From positions 23,953 to 87,952 of the forward strand of contig CAZORI010000004.1 in the NCBI GenBank assembly GCA_964582335.1: 64,000 nucleotides of DNA. The letters run 5' to 3'. This DNA is from an uncultured Bacteroides sp. (GTDB lineage Bacteria; Bacteroidota; Bacteroidia; Bacteroidales; Muribaculaceae). Under the pieces are notes generated by a model. It was not told the DNA's origin, did no database searches, and saw nothing but the letters and a program-made list of their open reading frames with translations. Made by a program: the position numbers and the translations under genes. The stretch's first letter is position 1. Every line of letters begins with the position of its first letter. Shown here one piece after another: positions 1 to 10,296 of this stretch.

Positions 1-2379
1 ACTCCGCAACAAGCTCAGCGAATCAAGGCCTTGTATGAATCAGGCCAATTGTCTGACAATGCCAACGGCCTAACCTCCGACAACACTCCTGCAACCCGCA
101 CACACACACTGACGCAGCAGCAAAGCGACAGAAATGCGCGCCAAAACAACCAGCGAAAACAGAATGGCCAACAGAATCAGGCTAACCAAAGAGGCCAGAT
201 TACGTCGTTCAATCAAGCCGACAACTTTGGCGACAACGCCGGTGATTCAACTTTCATCGCCGACGTGATGTCGTCGCCCGACTTGTATGGCGACCAACAC
301 TATGGCGAAGGCCAAATCCATATTTTCGGACATGAGATTTTCAACGGTGACATGCCCATATTCGCCCCAAGCGAAAATCTCGCCACTCCGCAAAACTATC
401 TGCTTGGCCCCGGCGACGAGGTGATAATTGACATATGGGGCAACTCTGAAGATCAAATCAGGCAAATCATTTCGCCTGAGGGAAGCATAATCGTGTCGCA
501 GCTCGGCCCGATTTACCTCAATGGCATGACTATAAACGACGCCAACAAACACATCAAGGAAGTATTCGCGAAGAAATACGCAGGCGTCACCGACGCTGGG
601 ACCAACGTTCAGATGACGCTTGGCCAAGTGCGCACCATCCAAGTGGACATCATGGGCGAAGTGGTGACTCCGGGCACATTCCGCATGTCGCCGTTTTCTT
701 CCGTTTTCCATTCGCTGTACAACGCCGGCGGCATCAACGACATCGGCTCGCTCCGCAACATACAGGTGCTCCGCAACGGCAAGAAAGTGGCTGGAGTCGA
801 CATCTACGACTATCTCTTCAACGGAAAGGGAGCAAGCAACATACGCCTGCAGGACGGCGACGTGATAATCGTGCCTCCTTATGAACAGCTCGTCAGCATC
901 TCGGGCAACGTGAAGCGCCCTATGTACTACGAAATCAAGCCGGGCGAAACCGTGGAGACAATCATCAACTACGCAGGCGGATTCTCAGGCGACGCATACT
1001 CCGACATGGTGCGCCTGTCGCGCATGAACGGCACAGAGAACCAACTCTACAACATATCGAAAGCCGACTTCAATGCGTATCAGCTAAAGGATGGCGACTT
1101 AATCACCGTGGGCACAGTGCTCGACCGCTACGCCAACCGCGTCGAGGTGGAGGGCGCCGTATATCGCCCCGGCATGTTCGCCATCAGCAATGAGCTAAGC
1201 ACCGTGAAGCAGCTCATCGAGCAAGCCGAAGGCCTCACCGAGGACGCATACCTGCAGCGAGCGCTCCTCTACCGCGAGGGGCCCGACCTGCAACTGCAAG
1301 TGATGGCCATCAACCTCGACGACATCATGTCGGGCAAGGCTAAGGATATCACGCTCAAGCGCAACGATGTGCTTGTGATATCAAGCATCGCTGAAATCAC
1401 CGACCTTGGCAATCTCACCATCAGAGGCCAAGTTGCCCAGCCGGGCGTGTACCCATTCGCAGAGAACTCTACCGTTGAGGACCTTATCATGCGTGCCGGC
1501 GGCCTCCTCGACGGCGCTTCCACAGCGCGCGTCAACGTATACCGCCGAATCGTTGACCCGGAAGCAACCACCTCGACGCAACAGCTGTCGCAGAGCTTCA
1601 CCATATCCATCGAGAACGGACTTACTGTCGGAGAGAACAAGAGCCTAATCCTACGCCCATATGACGAAGTGGTAATCCGCAAAAGCCCGGGCTACTCCGA
1701 GCAGCAGATGGTGACGCTCGACGGCGAGGTTTTGTTCACGGGCGATTATGCGATACAGCAGCGCAACGAGCGCCTGTCGAGCTTTGTGCATCGCGCCGGA
1801 GGATTGATCGATGGCGCATACGTGAAGGGTGCTTACCTGACGCGCCGCCTCTCTGAGGCTGAAATGAAATCGCGTGAAGAGGCCCTCGACCTTGCTAAGT
1901 CTAATTCCGGAGCAAACGGAGGCGACTCCATCGCTATTAGCAAAATCCTGGTGGCCGACAGCTACAGCGTGGGCATCGATCTTGAAAAGGCCCTTGCCTT
2001 CCCCGGAAGCACCTACGACATTGTGCTAAAGGACGGCGACCGCCTGTACGTGCCCGAAGAGCAGAGCACTGTCAAAATAGCCGGCGACGTGATGTTCCCC
2101 AACAGCGTAGTGTACGTGCCGGGCAAGAAACTGAAATACTACATTGAGCAGGCAGGCGGTTACGGACAACGCGCCAAGAAAAGCAAAGCTTTTGTGGTGT
2201 ACATGAACGGTTCTGTGGCAATAGCAAAGGGCAATACGCCTATCGAACCCGGCTGCCAGATTATAGTGCCATCGAAGCCCACAACCGGAGGCACCGACTG
2301 GACCAAGATATTAGCATTGGCATCAAGCTTTGCGTCTATCGCAACGATGGCGGCCACTATCACTAACATATTTAAGTAA
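1..2379 (+). CDS. Polysaccharide export protein with multiple SLBB domains (Wza/KpsD-like), 5'-truncated by the window edge
   Basis: Frame is open from base 1 (TPQQAQRIKALYES...). Contains the 'YLLGPGDEVIIDIWG' Poly_export motif and repeated 'V.V.GxV..PG.Y' SLBB units, and lies directly upstream of a Wzz-like gene. Confidence 0.9.
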   Translation, partial: TPQQAQRIKALYESGQLSDNANGLTSDNTPATRTHTLTQQQSDRNARQNNQRKQNGQQNQANQRGQITSFNQADNFGDNAGDSTFIADVMSSPDLYGDQHYGEGQIHIFGHEIFNGDMPIFAPSENLATPQNYLLGPGDEVIIDIWGNSEDQIRQIISPEGSIIVSQLGPIYLNGMTINDANKHIKEVFAKKYAGVTDAGTNVQMTLGQVRTIQVDIMGEVVTPGTFRMSPFSSVFHSLYNAGGINDIGSLRNIQVLRNGKKVAGVDIYDYLFNGKGASNIRLQDGDVIIVPPYEQLVSISGNVKRPMYYEIKPGETVETIINYAGGFSGDAYSDMVRLSRMNGTENQLYNISKADFNAYQLKDGDLITVGTVLDRYANRVEVEGAVYRPGMFAISNELSTVKQLIEQAEGLTEDAYLQRALLYREGPDLQLQVMAINLDDIMSGKAKDITLKRNDVLVISSIAEITDLGNLTIRGQVAQPGVYPFAENSTVEDLIMRAGGLLDGASTARVNVYRRIVDPEATTSTQQLSQSFTISIENGLTVGENKSLILRPYDEVVIRKSPGYSEQQMVTLDGEVLFTGDYAIQQRNERLSSFVHRAGGLIDGAYVKGAYLTRRLSEAEMKSREEALDLAKSNSGANGGDSIAISKILVADSYSVGIDLEKALAFPGSTYDIVLKDGDRLYVPEEQSTVKIAGDVMFPNSVVYVPGKKLKYYIEQAGGYGQRAKKSKAFVVYMNGSVAIAKGNTPIEPGCQIIVPSKPTTGGTDWTKILALASSFASIATMAATITNIFK

Positions 2380-2385
2380 GCAACC

Positions 2386-3546
2386 ATGCAGGACGACAAG
2401 GATATCATCAACCAGCAGGACGACGAAAAAGAGATCGACCTTCTCGAACTCGCCGCTAAGCTCTGGAATCAACGCAAGAAAATCATCACTTGGTGCGTGT
2501 GCGGAGCCGTGATTGGCCTGATTGTTGCCATAAGCATTCCTCGCGAATATGACACATCTGTCAAGCTCGCGCCAGAGACTAACGACGCAAAAGCGTCGGG
2601 CGGCCTTAGCGCGCTCGCGTCAATGGCCGGCTTTTCCACCGGAAGTGCATCCGGCTCCGACGCCGTATACCCGCAGCTCTACCCCGACGTGGTGAGCTCG
2701 GTGCCATTCACCACTTCCCTCTTCGACGTGATCGTAACCACCAAGGACGGCGGCGAGAAATTCACCGTAAGGGAGTACATTGAAGATGAGACATCTGCGC
2801 CCTGGTGGTCGGCCGTCATTGGCCTGCCTTTCAAATTGATTGACATGCTCAGGTCAAGCGAGGAGGATGCCGAGGGCAAGAAGGTTGACAATTTCCAGCT
2901 TTCTCAGCAAGAGTCAAAATTAGTAGAGGCACTCAACAATCGCATTTCGGCCAGCGTGGACCAAAAAACGTCGGTTGTGACCATTTCGGTGAAGATGCAA
3001 GATCCTCTTGTGTCAGCAATCCTTGCCGACACCGTGGTGTCGAGGCTGCAGGAATACATCACTGCTTACCGCACCAACAAGGCGCGTCAAGACCTTGAAT
3101 ACGCAGAGACCCTCAACGAGGAGGCCAAGCAAGAATATTACAACGCCCAGCAAAGATACGCCGAATACGTCGACCGCAACCAAAGTCTCGCGCTTCAAAG
3201 CGCGCAGACTACTCGCGACCGCCTCTCCAATGAAGCGAGCCTGGCATTCAACCTCTACAACCAGACTGCTCAGCAGGTGCAGGCAGCCAAGGCCAAGGTG
3301 CAGGAGACCACTCCGGTGTACGCAATCGTCACACCCGCCACTGTGCCTGTGAAGCCGACATCGCCGCGCAAGCTGATGATACTCATCGGATTCACGTTCC
3401 TGGCATTTGTTGTATGCGCAGCATGGATTCTGTTCGGCAAGCCTTTTGTTGAGGAATACAAAGCCAAGAGCAGGGAAGTGGCCGAGCAAGAGGCGCTTAA
3501 TGCGGAGCACAAGAAACTTCCTTCAAAAAAGCACGACGAAGAATGA
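2386..3546 (+). CDS. wzz: Wzz-family polysaccharide chain-length determinant
   Basis: 'EIDLLELAAKLW' N-terminus, two TM segments flanking a coiled-coil periplasmic region, 'P..P.SPRKLMIL' before TM2, and no C-terminal kinase domain. Confidence 0.85.
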   Translation: MQDDKDIINQQDDEKEIDLLELAAKLWNQRKKIITWCVCGAVIGLIVAISIPREYDTSVKLAPETNDAKASGGLSALASMAGFSTGSASGSDAVYPQLYPDVVSSVPFTTSLFDVIVTTKDGGEKFTVREYIEDETSAPWWSAVIGLPFKLIDMLRSSEEDAEGKKVDNFQLSQQESKLVEALNNRISASVDQKTSVVTISVKMQDPLVSAILADTVVSRLQEYITAYRTNKARQDLEYAETLNEEAKQEYYNAQQRYAEYVDRNQSLALQSAQTTRDRLSNEASLAFNLYNQTAQQVQAAKAKVQETTPVYAIVTPATVPVKPTSPRKLMILIGFTFLAFVVCAAWILFGKPFVEEYKAKSREVAEQEALNAEHKKLPSKKHDEE

Positions 3547-3570
3547 TTCGAGCCGCCGGCTGAGCTATCT

Positions 3571-4215
3571 ATGAGGAAATTACTCTCCTTATCTCTCATA
3601 TTATCTTCTACAACTCTTCTTCCGGCCGCGGAGCCGGAAGAAGTTGTCGTTTTAGGCGCGCTCGATGCCGTGACCGAGTCGGCCGAACTCAATACCGGGC
3701 TCGACGTGATGGAATTTCTGACATCGGCATATTCTGGTCATGGATACTATGAAACAGGCGGATGGGACGACGATGACGCAAGCTTGCCGATCAATCCCAA
3801 TCTGTCGCTGCCGTCGTGGACCAACCGCTTATTCATGCGTCCTGTCGAAGGCAAGGTGACTTCTTATTTTGGCTACCGCCCTAAGTTCGGCAGGGTGCAC
3901 AAAGGCGTTGACATTGTGCTATGCAAGGGCGACACCGTAAGAGCCGCTCTGCCGGGCACAGTTGAGAAAGTTGGCTACGACAAGGGTGGCTACGGACATT
4001 ACGTAATCATTCGTCACGACAACAACGTGGAGACGCGCTACGGCCACTTGCAGAAGCCATTGGTTAAAGCCGGGCAAGAAGTGACCGCCGGCGAGACGGT
4101 GGCTCTCGGCGGCTCATCGGGCAACTCCACTGCTCCGCACCTCCACTTCGAGACGCGCTACATGGGCACGCCCGTGAATCCCATAGCGCTTTTGCGCCAG
4201 CCTGCGCGCAAATAA
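3571..4215 (+). CDS. M23 family metallopeptidase
   Basis: Signal-like N-terminus; HKGVD (HxxxD), YGHL and PHLHFE (HxH) zinc motifs. Confidence 0.9.
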   Translation: MRKLLSLSLILSSTTLLPAAEPEEVVVLGALDAVTESAELNTGLDVMEFLTSAYSGHGYYETGGWDDDDASLPINPNLSLPSWTNRLFMRPVEGKVTSYFGYRPKFGRVHKGVDIVLCKGDTVRAALPGTVEKVGYDKGGYGHYVIIRHDNNVETRYGHLQKPLVKAGQEVTAGETVALGGSSGNSTAPHLHFETRYMGTPVNPIALLRQPARK

Positions 4216-4241
4216 CATCTGACAAAGCGATCGGCATCGGA

Positions 4242-4502
4242 TCAGTGTGCCTTCTGCGATTCGTTGAGGCCTTCCAATGCGCGCGCCAATTGGTCGGGGC
4301 ATGATGTGCCGCGGCCCTTGCAGTCGATGCCGCGCAGCCGGCTTATGGCCTCGTCCACCTTCATGCCCTGCAGCAAAGCCGCAAGGCCCTGCGTGTTGCC
4401 GTGGCAGCCGCCCGTGAATTCTACCTTCTTGATAGTGTCTCCATCAATTTCAATATCGATGGCACGCGAGCACGTGCCGCTTGTAGTGTAATGCACTTGC
4501 AT
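4242..4502 (-). CDS. TSCPD-domain protein (TIGR03905-like)
   Basis: GTCS...GGCHGN...GIDCKGRGTSCPDQLA motifs. Start moved to ATG 4502 because a -7 box (4538-4545) lies downstream of the ORF-track start at 4550. Confidence 0.85.
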   Translation of the reverse strand: MQVHYTTSGTCSRAIDIEIDGDTIKKVEFTGGCHGNTQGLAALLQGMKVDEAISRLRGIDCKGRGTSCPDQLARALEGLNESQKAH

Positions 4503-4537
4503 ACTAATACTTTTAGAAATTGCACAAAATGATGCGG

Positions 4538-4545
4538 CAAAGTTA
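4538..4545 (-). promoter_or_regulatory. Bacteroidetes -7 promoter box (TAACTTTG) for the TSCPD gene
   Basis: Matches TAnnTTTG on the minus strand in an AT-rich divergent spacer. Confidence 0.65.
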
Positions 4546-4592
4546 AACAAAAAATATTTCTGAATAGGTTTCTGTTATTGACTTATTTTTTG

Positions 4593-4600
4593 TAAATTTG
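4593..4600 (+). promoter_or_regulatory. Bacteroidetes -7 promoter box (TAAATTTG) for pfp
   Basis: TAnnTTTG 41 nt before the ATG. Confidence 0.7.
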
Positions 4601-4641
4601 CGAATTAATAATAAAAACACAATTTCTATAAGATACTTCAA

Positions 4642-6291
4642 ATGAAAAAGAGTGCATTGCAAAAAGCTCGCGCAGCCTACCAACCCAAAATGCCCTACGC
4701 ATTGAAGGGCGCCGTGGTGGCTGTAGAGGGAAAGCCTACCCAATCGGTAGCAAACCAGGCAGAAATCAAGGAACTTTTCCCCAACACATACGGATTGCCG
4801 GAAATAACATTCGAGAAGAACCCTAACCCGACTCTCGGTAAGCCCGTCAATGTGGGCGTTATCCTATCCGGCGGCCAGGCTCCCGGCGGGCACAATGTAA
4901 TCTCGGGCCTTTTCGACGGCATCAAGAAAATTCACCGCGACAGCCGCCTCTTCGGCTTCCTCATGGGCCCCGGCGGTCTCGTTGACCACAACTACATCGA
5001 GCTCACAGCGCCCATCATCGACGAATACCGCAACACCGGCGGCTTCGACATCATCGGCTCCGGACGCACTAAGCTCGAGAAAATCGAGCAATTCGACAAA
5101 GGCCTCGAAATCCTCAAGGAGCTCAACATCAACGCCGTAGTTATCATCGGCGGCGACGACTCCAACACCAATGCCGCAGTGCTTGCCGAATACTACAAGA
5201 AAATCGGCGCAGGCGTGCAAGTGATTGGCGTGCCCAAAACCATCGACGGCGACCTCAAGAACAGCCTCATCGAGACTTCGTTCGGCTTCGACACAGCCAC
5301 CAAGGTGTACAGCGAACTAATCGGCAACATACAGCGCGACTGCAACTCAGCCAAGAAATACTGGCACTTCATCAAGCTCATGGGCCGCTCAGCAAGCCAC
5401 ATCGCCCTGGAATGCGCGCTGCAGACACAGCCCAACGTCTGCATCATCTCGGAAGAGGTGGAGGCAAAGGACCAGAGCCTGCAGGATATCGTCGACTACA
5501 TCGCATCTGTAGTGGCTCGCCGCGCCGAGGACGGCAACAACTACGGCACTGTGCTCGTGCCTGAGGGACTGATCGAGTTCATCCCCGCCATGAAGCGCCT
5601 GATCGCCGAGCTCAACGACCTGCTGGCAGCCAATGCCGCTGAATTCGCAGCCCTCAACCGCGCCGAGCAGCACAAATTCGTGCTCTCGCACCTCAGCGCA
5701 GAAAACGCCAAGACATACGAGTCGCTGCCCGAAGGCGTAGCTCGCCAGCTCACTCTCGACCGCGACCCCCACGGCAACGTGCAAGTGTCGCTGATCGAAA
5801 CAGAAAAGCTCCTCAGCGAAATGGTAGGCCGCAAGCTGCATGAAATGAAAGAAGCCGGCCAATTCAAGGGCAAATTCTCTGCCATGCACCACTTCTTCGG
5901 ATACGAAGGCCGCTGCGCCGCACCCAGCAACTTCGATGCTGACTACTGCTACGCTCTTGGATTCAACGCTTCTTGCCTGATCAACGCCGGTGTCACCGGC
6001 TACATGTCGAGCGTGCGCAACCTCGTGAAGCACGCCGAGCAATGGCTCGCAGGCGGCATACCCATCACCATGATGATGAACATGGAGCGCCGCAACGGCG
6101 AGCTAAAGCCCGTAATCCAAAAGGCTCTCGTCGACCTCAATGGCAAACCCTTCAAGAAATTCTCGGCTAAGCGCAACGAATGGGCAGTGAACACCTGCTA
6201 CGTATATCCCGGTCCCATCCAATACTTTGGCCCGGCTGAGGTATGCGACCAGCCCACCCTCACTCTGCAATACGAGAAACTCGACAAATAA
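4642..6291 (+). CDS. pfp: Pyrophosphate-dependent 6-phosphofructokinase (diphosphate--fructose-6-phosphate 1-phosphotransferase)
   Basis: [20 protein letters not shown] (Asp typical of PPi specificity), PKTIDGD and MGRSASH motifs; 549 aa long-clade size. Confidence 0.95.
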   Translation: MKKSALQKARAAYQPKMPYALKGAVVAVEGKPTQSVANQAEIKELFPNTYGLPEITFEKNPNPTLGKPVNVGVILSGGQAPGGHNVISGLFDGIKKIHRDSRLFGFLMGPGGLVDHNYIELTAPIIDEYRNTGGFDIIGSGRTKLEKIEQFDKGLEILKELNINAVVIIGGDDSNTNAAVLAEYYKKIGAGVQVIGVPKTIDGDLKNSLIETSFGFDTATKVYSELIGNIQRDCNSAKKYWHFIKLMGRSASHIALECALQTQPNVCIISEEVEAKDQSLQDIVDYIASVVARRAEDGNNYGTVLVPEGLIEFIPAMKRLIAELNDLLAANAAEFAALNRAEQHKFVLSHLSAENAKTYESLPEGVARQLTLDRDPHGNVQVSLIETEKLLSEMVGRKLHEMKEAGQFKGKFSAMHHFFGYEGRCAAPSNFDADYCYALGFNASCLINAGVTGYMSSVRNLVKHAEQWLAGGIPITMMMNMERRNGELKPVIQKALVDLNGKPFKKFSAKRNEWAVNTCYVYPGPIQYFGPAEVCDQPTLTLQYEKLDK

Positions 6292-6316
6292 CGAATAATC
6301 TCAACACCCTACCGGC

Positions 6317-6349
6317 AAGGTCGACTCTTCGGAGTCGGCCTTCTTGTTT
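6317..6349 (+). terminator. Rho-independent terminator after pfp
   Basis: AAGGTCGACTC-TTCG-GAGTCGGCCTT stem with UUCG loop, followed by CTTGTTT. Confidence 0.75.
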
Positions 6350-6412
6350 ATATAAATATATGCTAAAAACCAAATATTTGACCGATTGGGCGTAAATCAT
6401 GATATTTTTTTG

Positions 6413-6420
6413 TAAATTTG
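6413..6420 (+). promoter_or_regulatory. -7 promoter box (TAAATTTG) for hisS
   Basis: TAnnTTTG consensus in an AT-rich spacer. Confidence 0.7.
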
Positions 6421-6473
6421 CACATTGTATCCAATTCAGAAACAAAATATCATAAAAATACGCACAGATTACG

Positions 6474-7841
6474 ATGGCACAAAAACCCTCAATTCCTAAA
6501 GGCACCCGCGACTTTTCGCCGGTGGAGATGGCCAAGCGCAACTATATTTTCAACACTATACGTGAATCCTTCAGATTGTTCGGTTTTGAAGCCATCGAGA
6601 CTCCGGCCATGGAGAATCTGTCGACCCTCATGGGCAAATACGGCGAGGAAGGCGACAAGCTGCTGTTCAAGATACTCAACTCCGGAGACTTCCTTAACGG
6701 CGTGGACCAAAGCCTGATTCAAGAGGGCAACGCCACGCGCCTCGCATCGCAATTGTGCGAAAAAGGCCTGCGCTACGACCTTACTGTGCCCTTCGCGCGA
6801 TACGTGGTGCAGCACCGTGGCGAGCTCCAATTCCCATTCAAGCGCTACCAGATGCAGCCGGTGTGGCGCGCCGACCGACCCCAGAAAGGACGCTACCGCG
6901 AATTCTACCAGTGCGACGCCGACATCATCGGCAGCGACTCGCTGCTCAACGAGGTTGACCTGCTCCAGCTCATCGACGACGTGTTCACACGCCTGAGAGT
7001 GCGCATCGCCATCAAGCTCAACAACCGAAAAGTGCTCGCCGGCATAGCCGAACTGATTGGCGCGCCTGAAAAGCTGATCGACATCACTGTCGCCATCGAC
7101 AAAATCGACAAAATCGGCCTCGACAAGGTGAACGAAGAGCTCGCCGAGCGCGGCCTAAGCGCTGAATCAATCAAGGCCCTTGAGCCTATCCTCAAAATCG
7201 ACGGCACTGTGCAAGAGCGACTCGACACAATGGCCCGGCTGCTTGTCCCGTCGGAGATTGGCACAAAGGGCGTGCAGGAACTGCAACAAGTGGTTGACGC
7301 CACTCTCGCGCTTGGGCTCAACGCCGAGCTTGACCTCGACGTGTCGCTCGCCCGCGGGCTCAACTACTACACTGGCACCATTATTGAGGTGAAGGCCAAG
7401 GATGTGGAGATTGGCAGCATCACCGGCGGCGGCCGATACGACAACCTCACCGGCGTATTCGGCATGCCGGGCGTTTCGGGCGTGGGAATATCGTTCGGCG
7501 CCGACCGCATATACGATGTGCTCAATGCTCTTGACCTTTACCCTTCCGATGCAAAAGGCGGCCCAAAGGTGATGTTCCTCAACATGGGCAGCAGCGAAAG
7601 CAGCAAATCAATGGCCTACGTGAAGGCATTGCGACAAGCCGGCGTATCGGCTGTGGTATATCCCGACGCGGCAAAGATGAAAAAGCAGATGGGCTACGCC
7701 AACGATCTGAAAGTGCCCTTCGTGGCAATCGTGGGAGAATCGGAACTCGCCGACGGAACAATCGCGCTTAAGGACATGGCAAGCGGCTCCCAACTTACTG
7801 TAACCATCGACAAAATGATTGAAACTATTGCCAAAGCATAA
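6474..7841 (+). CDS. hisS: Histidine--tRNA ligase
   Basis: [42 protein letters not shown] and GGGRYD motifs. Confidence 0.98.
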   Translation: MAQKPSIPKGTRDFSPVEMAKRNYIFNTIRESFRLFGFEAIETPAMENLSTLMGKYGEEGDKLLFKILNSGDFLNGVDQSLIQEGNATRLASQLCEKGLRYDLTVPFARYVVQHRGELQFPFKRYQMQPVWRADRPQKGRYREFYQCDADIIGSDSLLNEVDLLQLIDDVFTRLRVRIAIKLNNRKVLAGIAELIGAPEKLIDITVAIDKIDKIGLDKVNEELAERGLSAESIKALEPILKIDGTVQERLDTMARLLVPSEIGTKGVQELQQVVDATLALGLNAELDLDVSLARGLNYYTGTIIEVKAKDVEIGSITGGGRYDNLTGVFGMPGVSGVGISFGADRIYDVLNALDLYPSDAKGGPKVMFLNMGSSESSKSMAYVKALRQAGVSAVVYPDAAKMKKQMGYANDLKVPFVAIVGESELADGTIALKDMASGSQLTVTIDKMIETIAKA

Positions 7842-7882
7842 TGCCTATAAAAGAATATTATTTACATTATATATATCCGACA

Positions 7883-8503
7883 ATGAAAAAACTCATCAAA
7901 ATATCTCTTGCTATAGTTCTGTGCATGTGCGTGGCCGCCCCGGCTTCTGCCCAATTCCGACGCGCCGTAGTGGTGGGCGGCTTGCTCACTAATCTCAACT
8001 TCAAGCAAGACCTTGTCACCGTAGACAAAGCGGGCGGCTTTCAGGCCGGCGTCATAAGCGAGCTCATGTTCCCGGGCATTGGCTTCGGGTTCGACCTCGG
8101 ACTCATGTACAACATGGCAGGAGCCAACGTGCACTTAGGAGAAAAGAAAATATGGGCAAGCCAAGGCTACGGAACGGATCGCGTGATGCTGCACCAATTC
8201 AACATCCCCTTCCACCTGCGCTTCAAATGGACTCGCATGAGCGGCCTTGAGGATTACGTAGCGCCTTTCGTCTACGGCGGCCCGGAATTCTCCATCAACG
8301 TGGCGCACACCAATTGCAGCGCATTCCAGGTGCCGGGCGGCTCGCTCGACCTGGGCGTAGGCGGTGGTTTTGAGATACTGAACAGATGGCAGGTGTCGGC
8401 ACAATACACCTGGGGCATGACCTATGCGCTAAAGACGAAACTGCTCACCAACTACAGCGCGCGCACTCGCCAATGGGCGTTGCGCGTGGCCTACTTCTTC
8501 TGA
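7883..8503 (+). CDS. Outer-membrane beta-barrel (porin/PorT-like) protein
   Basis: Signal peptide MKKLIKISLAIVLCMCVAAPASA, alternating beta strands and terminal aromatic residue (VAYFF). Start at 7883 is more plausible than 7841. Confidence 0.75.
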   Translation: MKKLIKISLAIVLCMCVAAPASAQFRRAVVVGGLLTNLNFKQDLVTVDKAGGFQAGVISELMFPGIGFGFDLGLMYNMAGANVHLGEKKIWASQGYGTDRVMLHQFNIPFHLRFKWTRMSGLEDYVAPFVYGGPEFSINVAHTNCSAFQVPGGSLDLGVGGGFEILNRWQVSAQYTWGMTYALKTKLLTNYSARTRQWALRVAYFF

Positions 8504-10140
8504 TTGCGCCCTCCCTTGGGTGCCGACTTCAGGCTCTTGGCCATTCGGCCAATCACATCTGCCTGACTTGCGATTATGGCCTCAAGCTCGGCTATGCGAG
8601 CCTCTTGGCGCACTATCACCTGAAGCTTTGTGCGCATCAGGCGCGCCACGCCGGGAAATTCGAGGTCGTTGCGCAGGCTTACAGCCTTGATGAAATTGTC
8701 GACAGCGCCTTGCATGTCGCGGCGGTCGAAGCACCTTGCCGCGTCGCGGTAATGTCTATCGGCCTTGGCGCTCACCATTGCCTCCTGCATCAGCAAGTCG
8801 TTGTTGAACTGCCCGCTGAATCGTTCTACACGCGGGTTTACGAAGATGTCACGCGGATTGATCGTGTTGCGCAGCTTTATGCCGTCGAGCGTGCGGCATC
8901 GGCTAAGCGCCACGTAGGTCTGGCCTCCTGAAAACGCGCCCGTGCCCACATCGATGCACACCCTGTCGAACGTCAGGCCCTGGCTTTTGTGTATGGTAAG
9001 CGCCCATGCGAGCTTCAGCGGATACTGCGTGAACGAACCCAGCTCTATTTCATCAATCTCCTTCTTCTTTTCGTCGTACTCGTATTTGACGTTAGTCCAT
9101 ATCTCCTGCTCTACGTTCACCTTTTCGCCGTTTTCGAGCTGCACGCATATTTGGCCTTTGCCGAAATCGGCAATTTTGCCGATTGTGCCGTTCACCCAGC
9201 GATGGTCCATATCGTTCTTCACAAACACCACTTGCGCATCGAGCTTGAGTTCGAGCTCTTTGTCGGTCGGAAGCGAATTGTCGGGGAAGTCGCCTTTCAC
9301 CTTGCCCCGGAACGTGCGCGCCTTTGACGGCAGAGCCTCAAGATGCTCTTCGTTGATGCACGACACGATGTCGCGCCGCGTGGCCAGCGTCATCGTGAAA
9401 TCGCTGTCGGAGTCGTCGGCTGCCATCACTTTTGCGTTTAGCATGGCCAAGTCGTCGGGAGCGGGGCGCCCTATGCGTATGCGGTCGAGCATGCTGATGA
9501 AGGCCGTGTCGGTCTGCCTATACGACTTCGTGAGCTCAATCGAAACGAGCGACATTTGCTTGAACACATGGGCGTTGAAAAAGTACATGCCTTCGGTGTA
9601 TTCATGGCTTAGAGCATCGAACATGTCGCCGGTGATTACCGGCTCGAGCTGAAATACGTCGCCAACGAGCAGCATCTGCTTGCCTCCGAAGGGCAAATTG
9701 CGCTTGCCGCAATAAATGCGCAGCAATCTATCGATGAAATCAATCGTGTCGGCGCGCACCATCGACACTTCATCGATGATGATTATGTCGAGGCGCTTGA
9801 GCATCTTCACGAAGTTGGCATTGTATTTCATGCGCTTGCGCAATTTATCGGGCGTCGACACCTCGGGGTCGTCAGCAAGCATCGGCTTGAATGGCAAGTG
9901 GAAAAAAGAGTGCAAGGTTTGGCCGCCGGCGTTGACGGCGGCGATGCCTGTAGGCGCAAGCACTACGTATTTTTTCTTGGTGGTGTGCGTGAAATATTGA
10001 AGGAAAGTCGACTTGCCTGTGCCTGCCTTTCCCGTGAGGAATATCGAATGACGCGTAAACTGGAGCAAGTCGAGCGCATTGCGGAATTCTTCGCTCGACG
10101 CGTCAATTTTCGATATGTCTATGTCTACAGCTCGTTTCAT
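8491..10140 (-). CDS. PIF1/RecD-like SF1B helicase (AAA ATPase) with C-terminal helical/coiled-coil extension
   Basis: GKAGTGKS Walker A, IIIDEVSM Walker B, GDVFQLEPV, TIHKSQGLTF and YVALSR helicase motifs. Confidence 0.9.
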   Translation of the reverse strand: MKRAVDIDISKIDASSEEFRNALDLLQFTRHSIFLTGKAGTGKSTFLQYFTHTTKKKYVVLAPTGIAAVNAGGQTLHSFFHLPFKPMLADDPEVSTPDKLRKRMKYNANFVKMLKRLDIIIIDEVSMVRADTIDFIDRLLRIYCGKRNLPFGGKQMLLVGDVFQLEPVITGDMFDALSHEYTEGMYFFNAHVFKQMSLVSIELTKSYRQTDTAFISMLDRIRIGRPAPDDLAMLNAKVMAADDSDSDFTMTLATRRDIVSCINEEHLEALPSKARTFRGKVKGDFPDNSLPTDKELELKLDAQVVFVKNDMDHRWVNGTIGKIADFGKGQICVQLENGEKVNVEQEIWTNVKYEYDEKKKEIDEIELGSFTQYPLKLAWALTIHKSQGLTFDRVCIDVGTGAFSGGQTYVALSRCRTLDGIKLRNTINPRDIFVNPRVERFSGQFNNDLLMQEAMVSAKADRHYRDAARCFDRRDMQGAVDNFIKAVSLRNDLEFPGVARLMRTKLQVIVRQEARIAELEAIIASQADVIGRMAKSLKSAPKGGRNQKK

Positions 10141-10144
10141 ACCA

Positions 10145-10152
10145 CAAAGTTA
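10145..10152 (-). promoter_or_regulatory. -7 box (TAACTTTG) 4 nt upstream of the helicase ATG
   Basis: Minus strand reads TAACTTTG-TGGT-ATG. Confidence 0.65.
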
Positions 10153-10268
10153 GACTATTTAATCGCCCATATTATCACAATAAGTGCTAAATTTTCAAAT
10201 ACTGCTTATTTTGTAGGTAAATTTTCGGTGAATGTATAATGTAATTTGGATATTTACGACATCGATTT

Positions 10269-10276
10269 TACTTTTG
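10269..10276 (+). promoter_or_regulatory. -7 box (TACTTTTG) for the TolC/ABC exporter operon
   Basis: TAnnTTTG 20 nt before the ATG. Confidence 0.6.
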
Positions 10277-10296
10277 CGTGATTAAAAACTATTCGT

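Noticed and set aside
6260-6541. 93-aa minus ORF between pfp and hisS, and 10289-10492 minus ORF
   Set aside because: They span the terminator and promoter elements or are antisense to known genes, and have no coding-like features.
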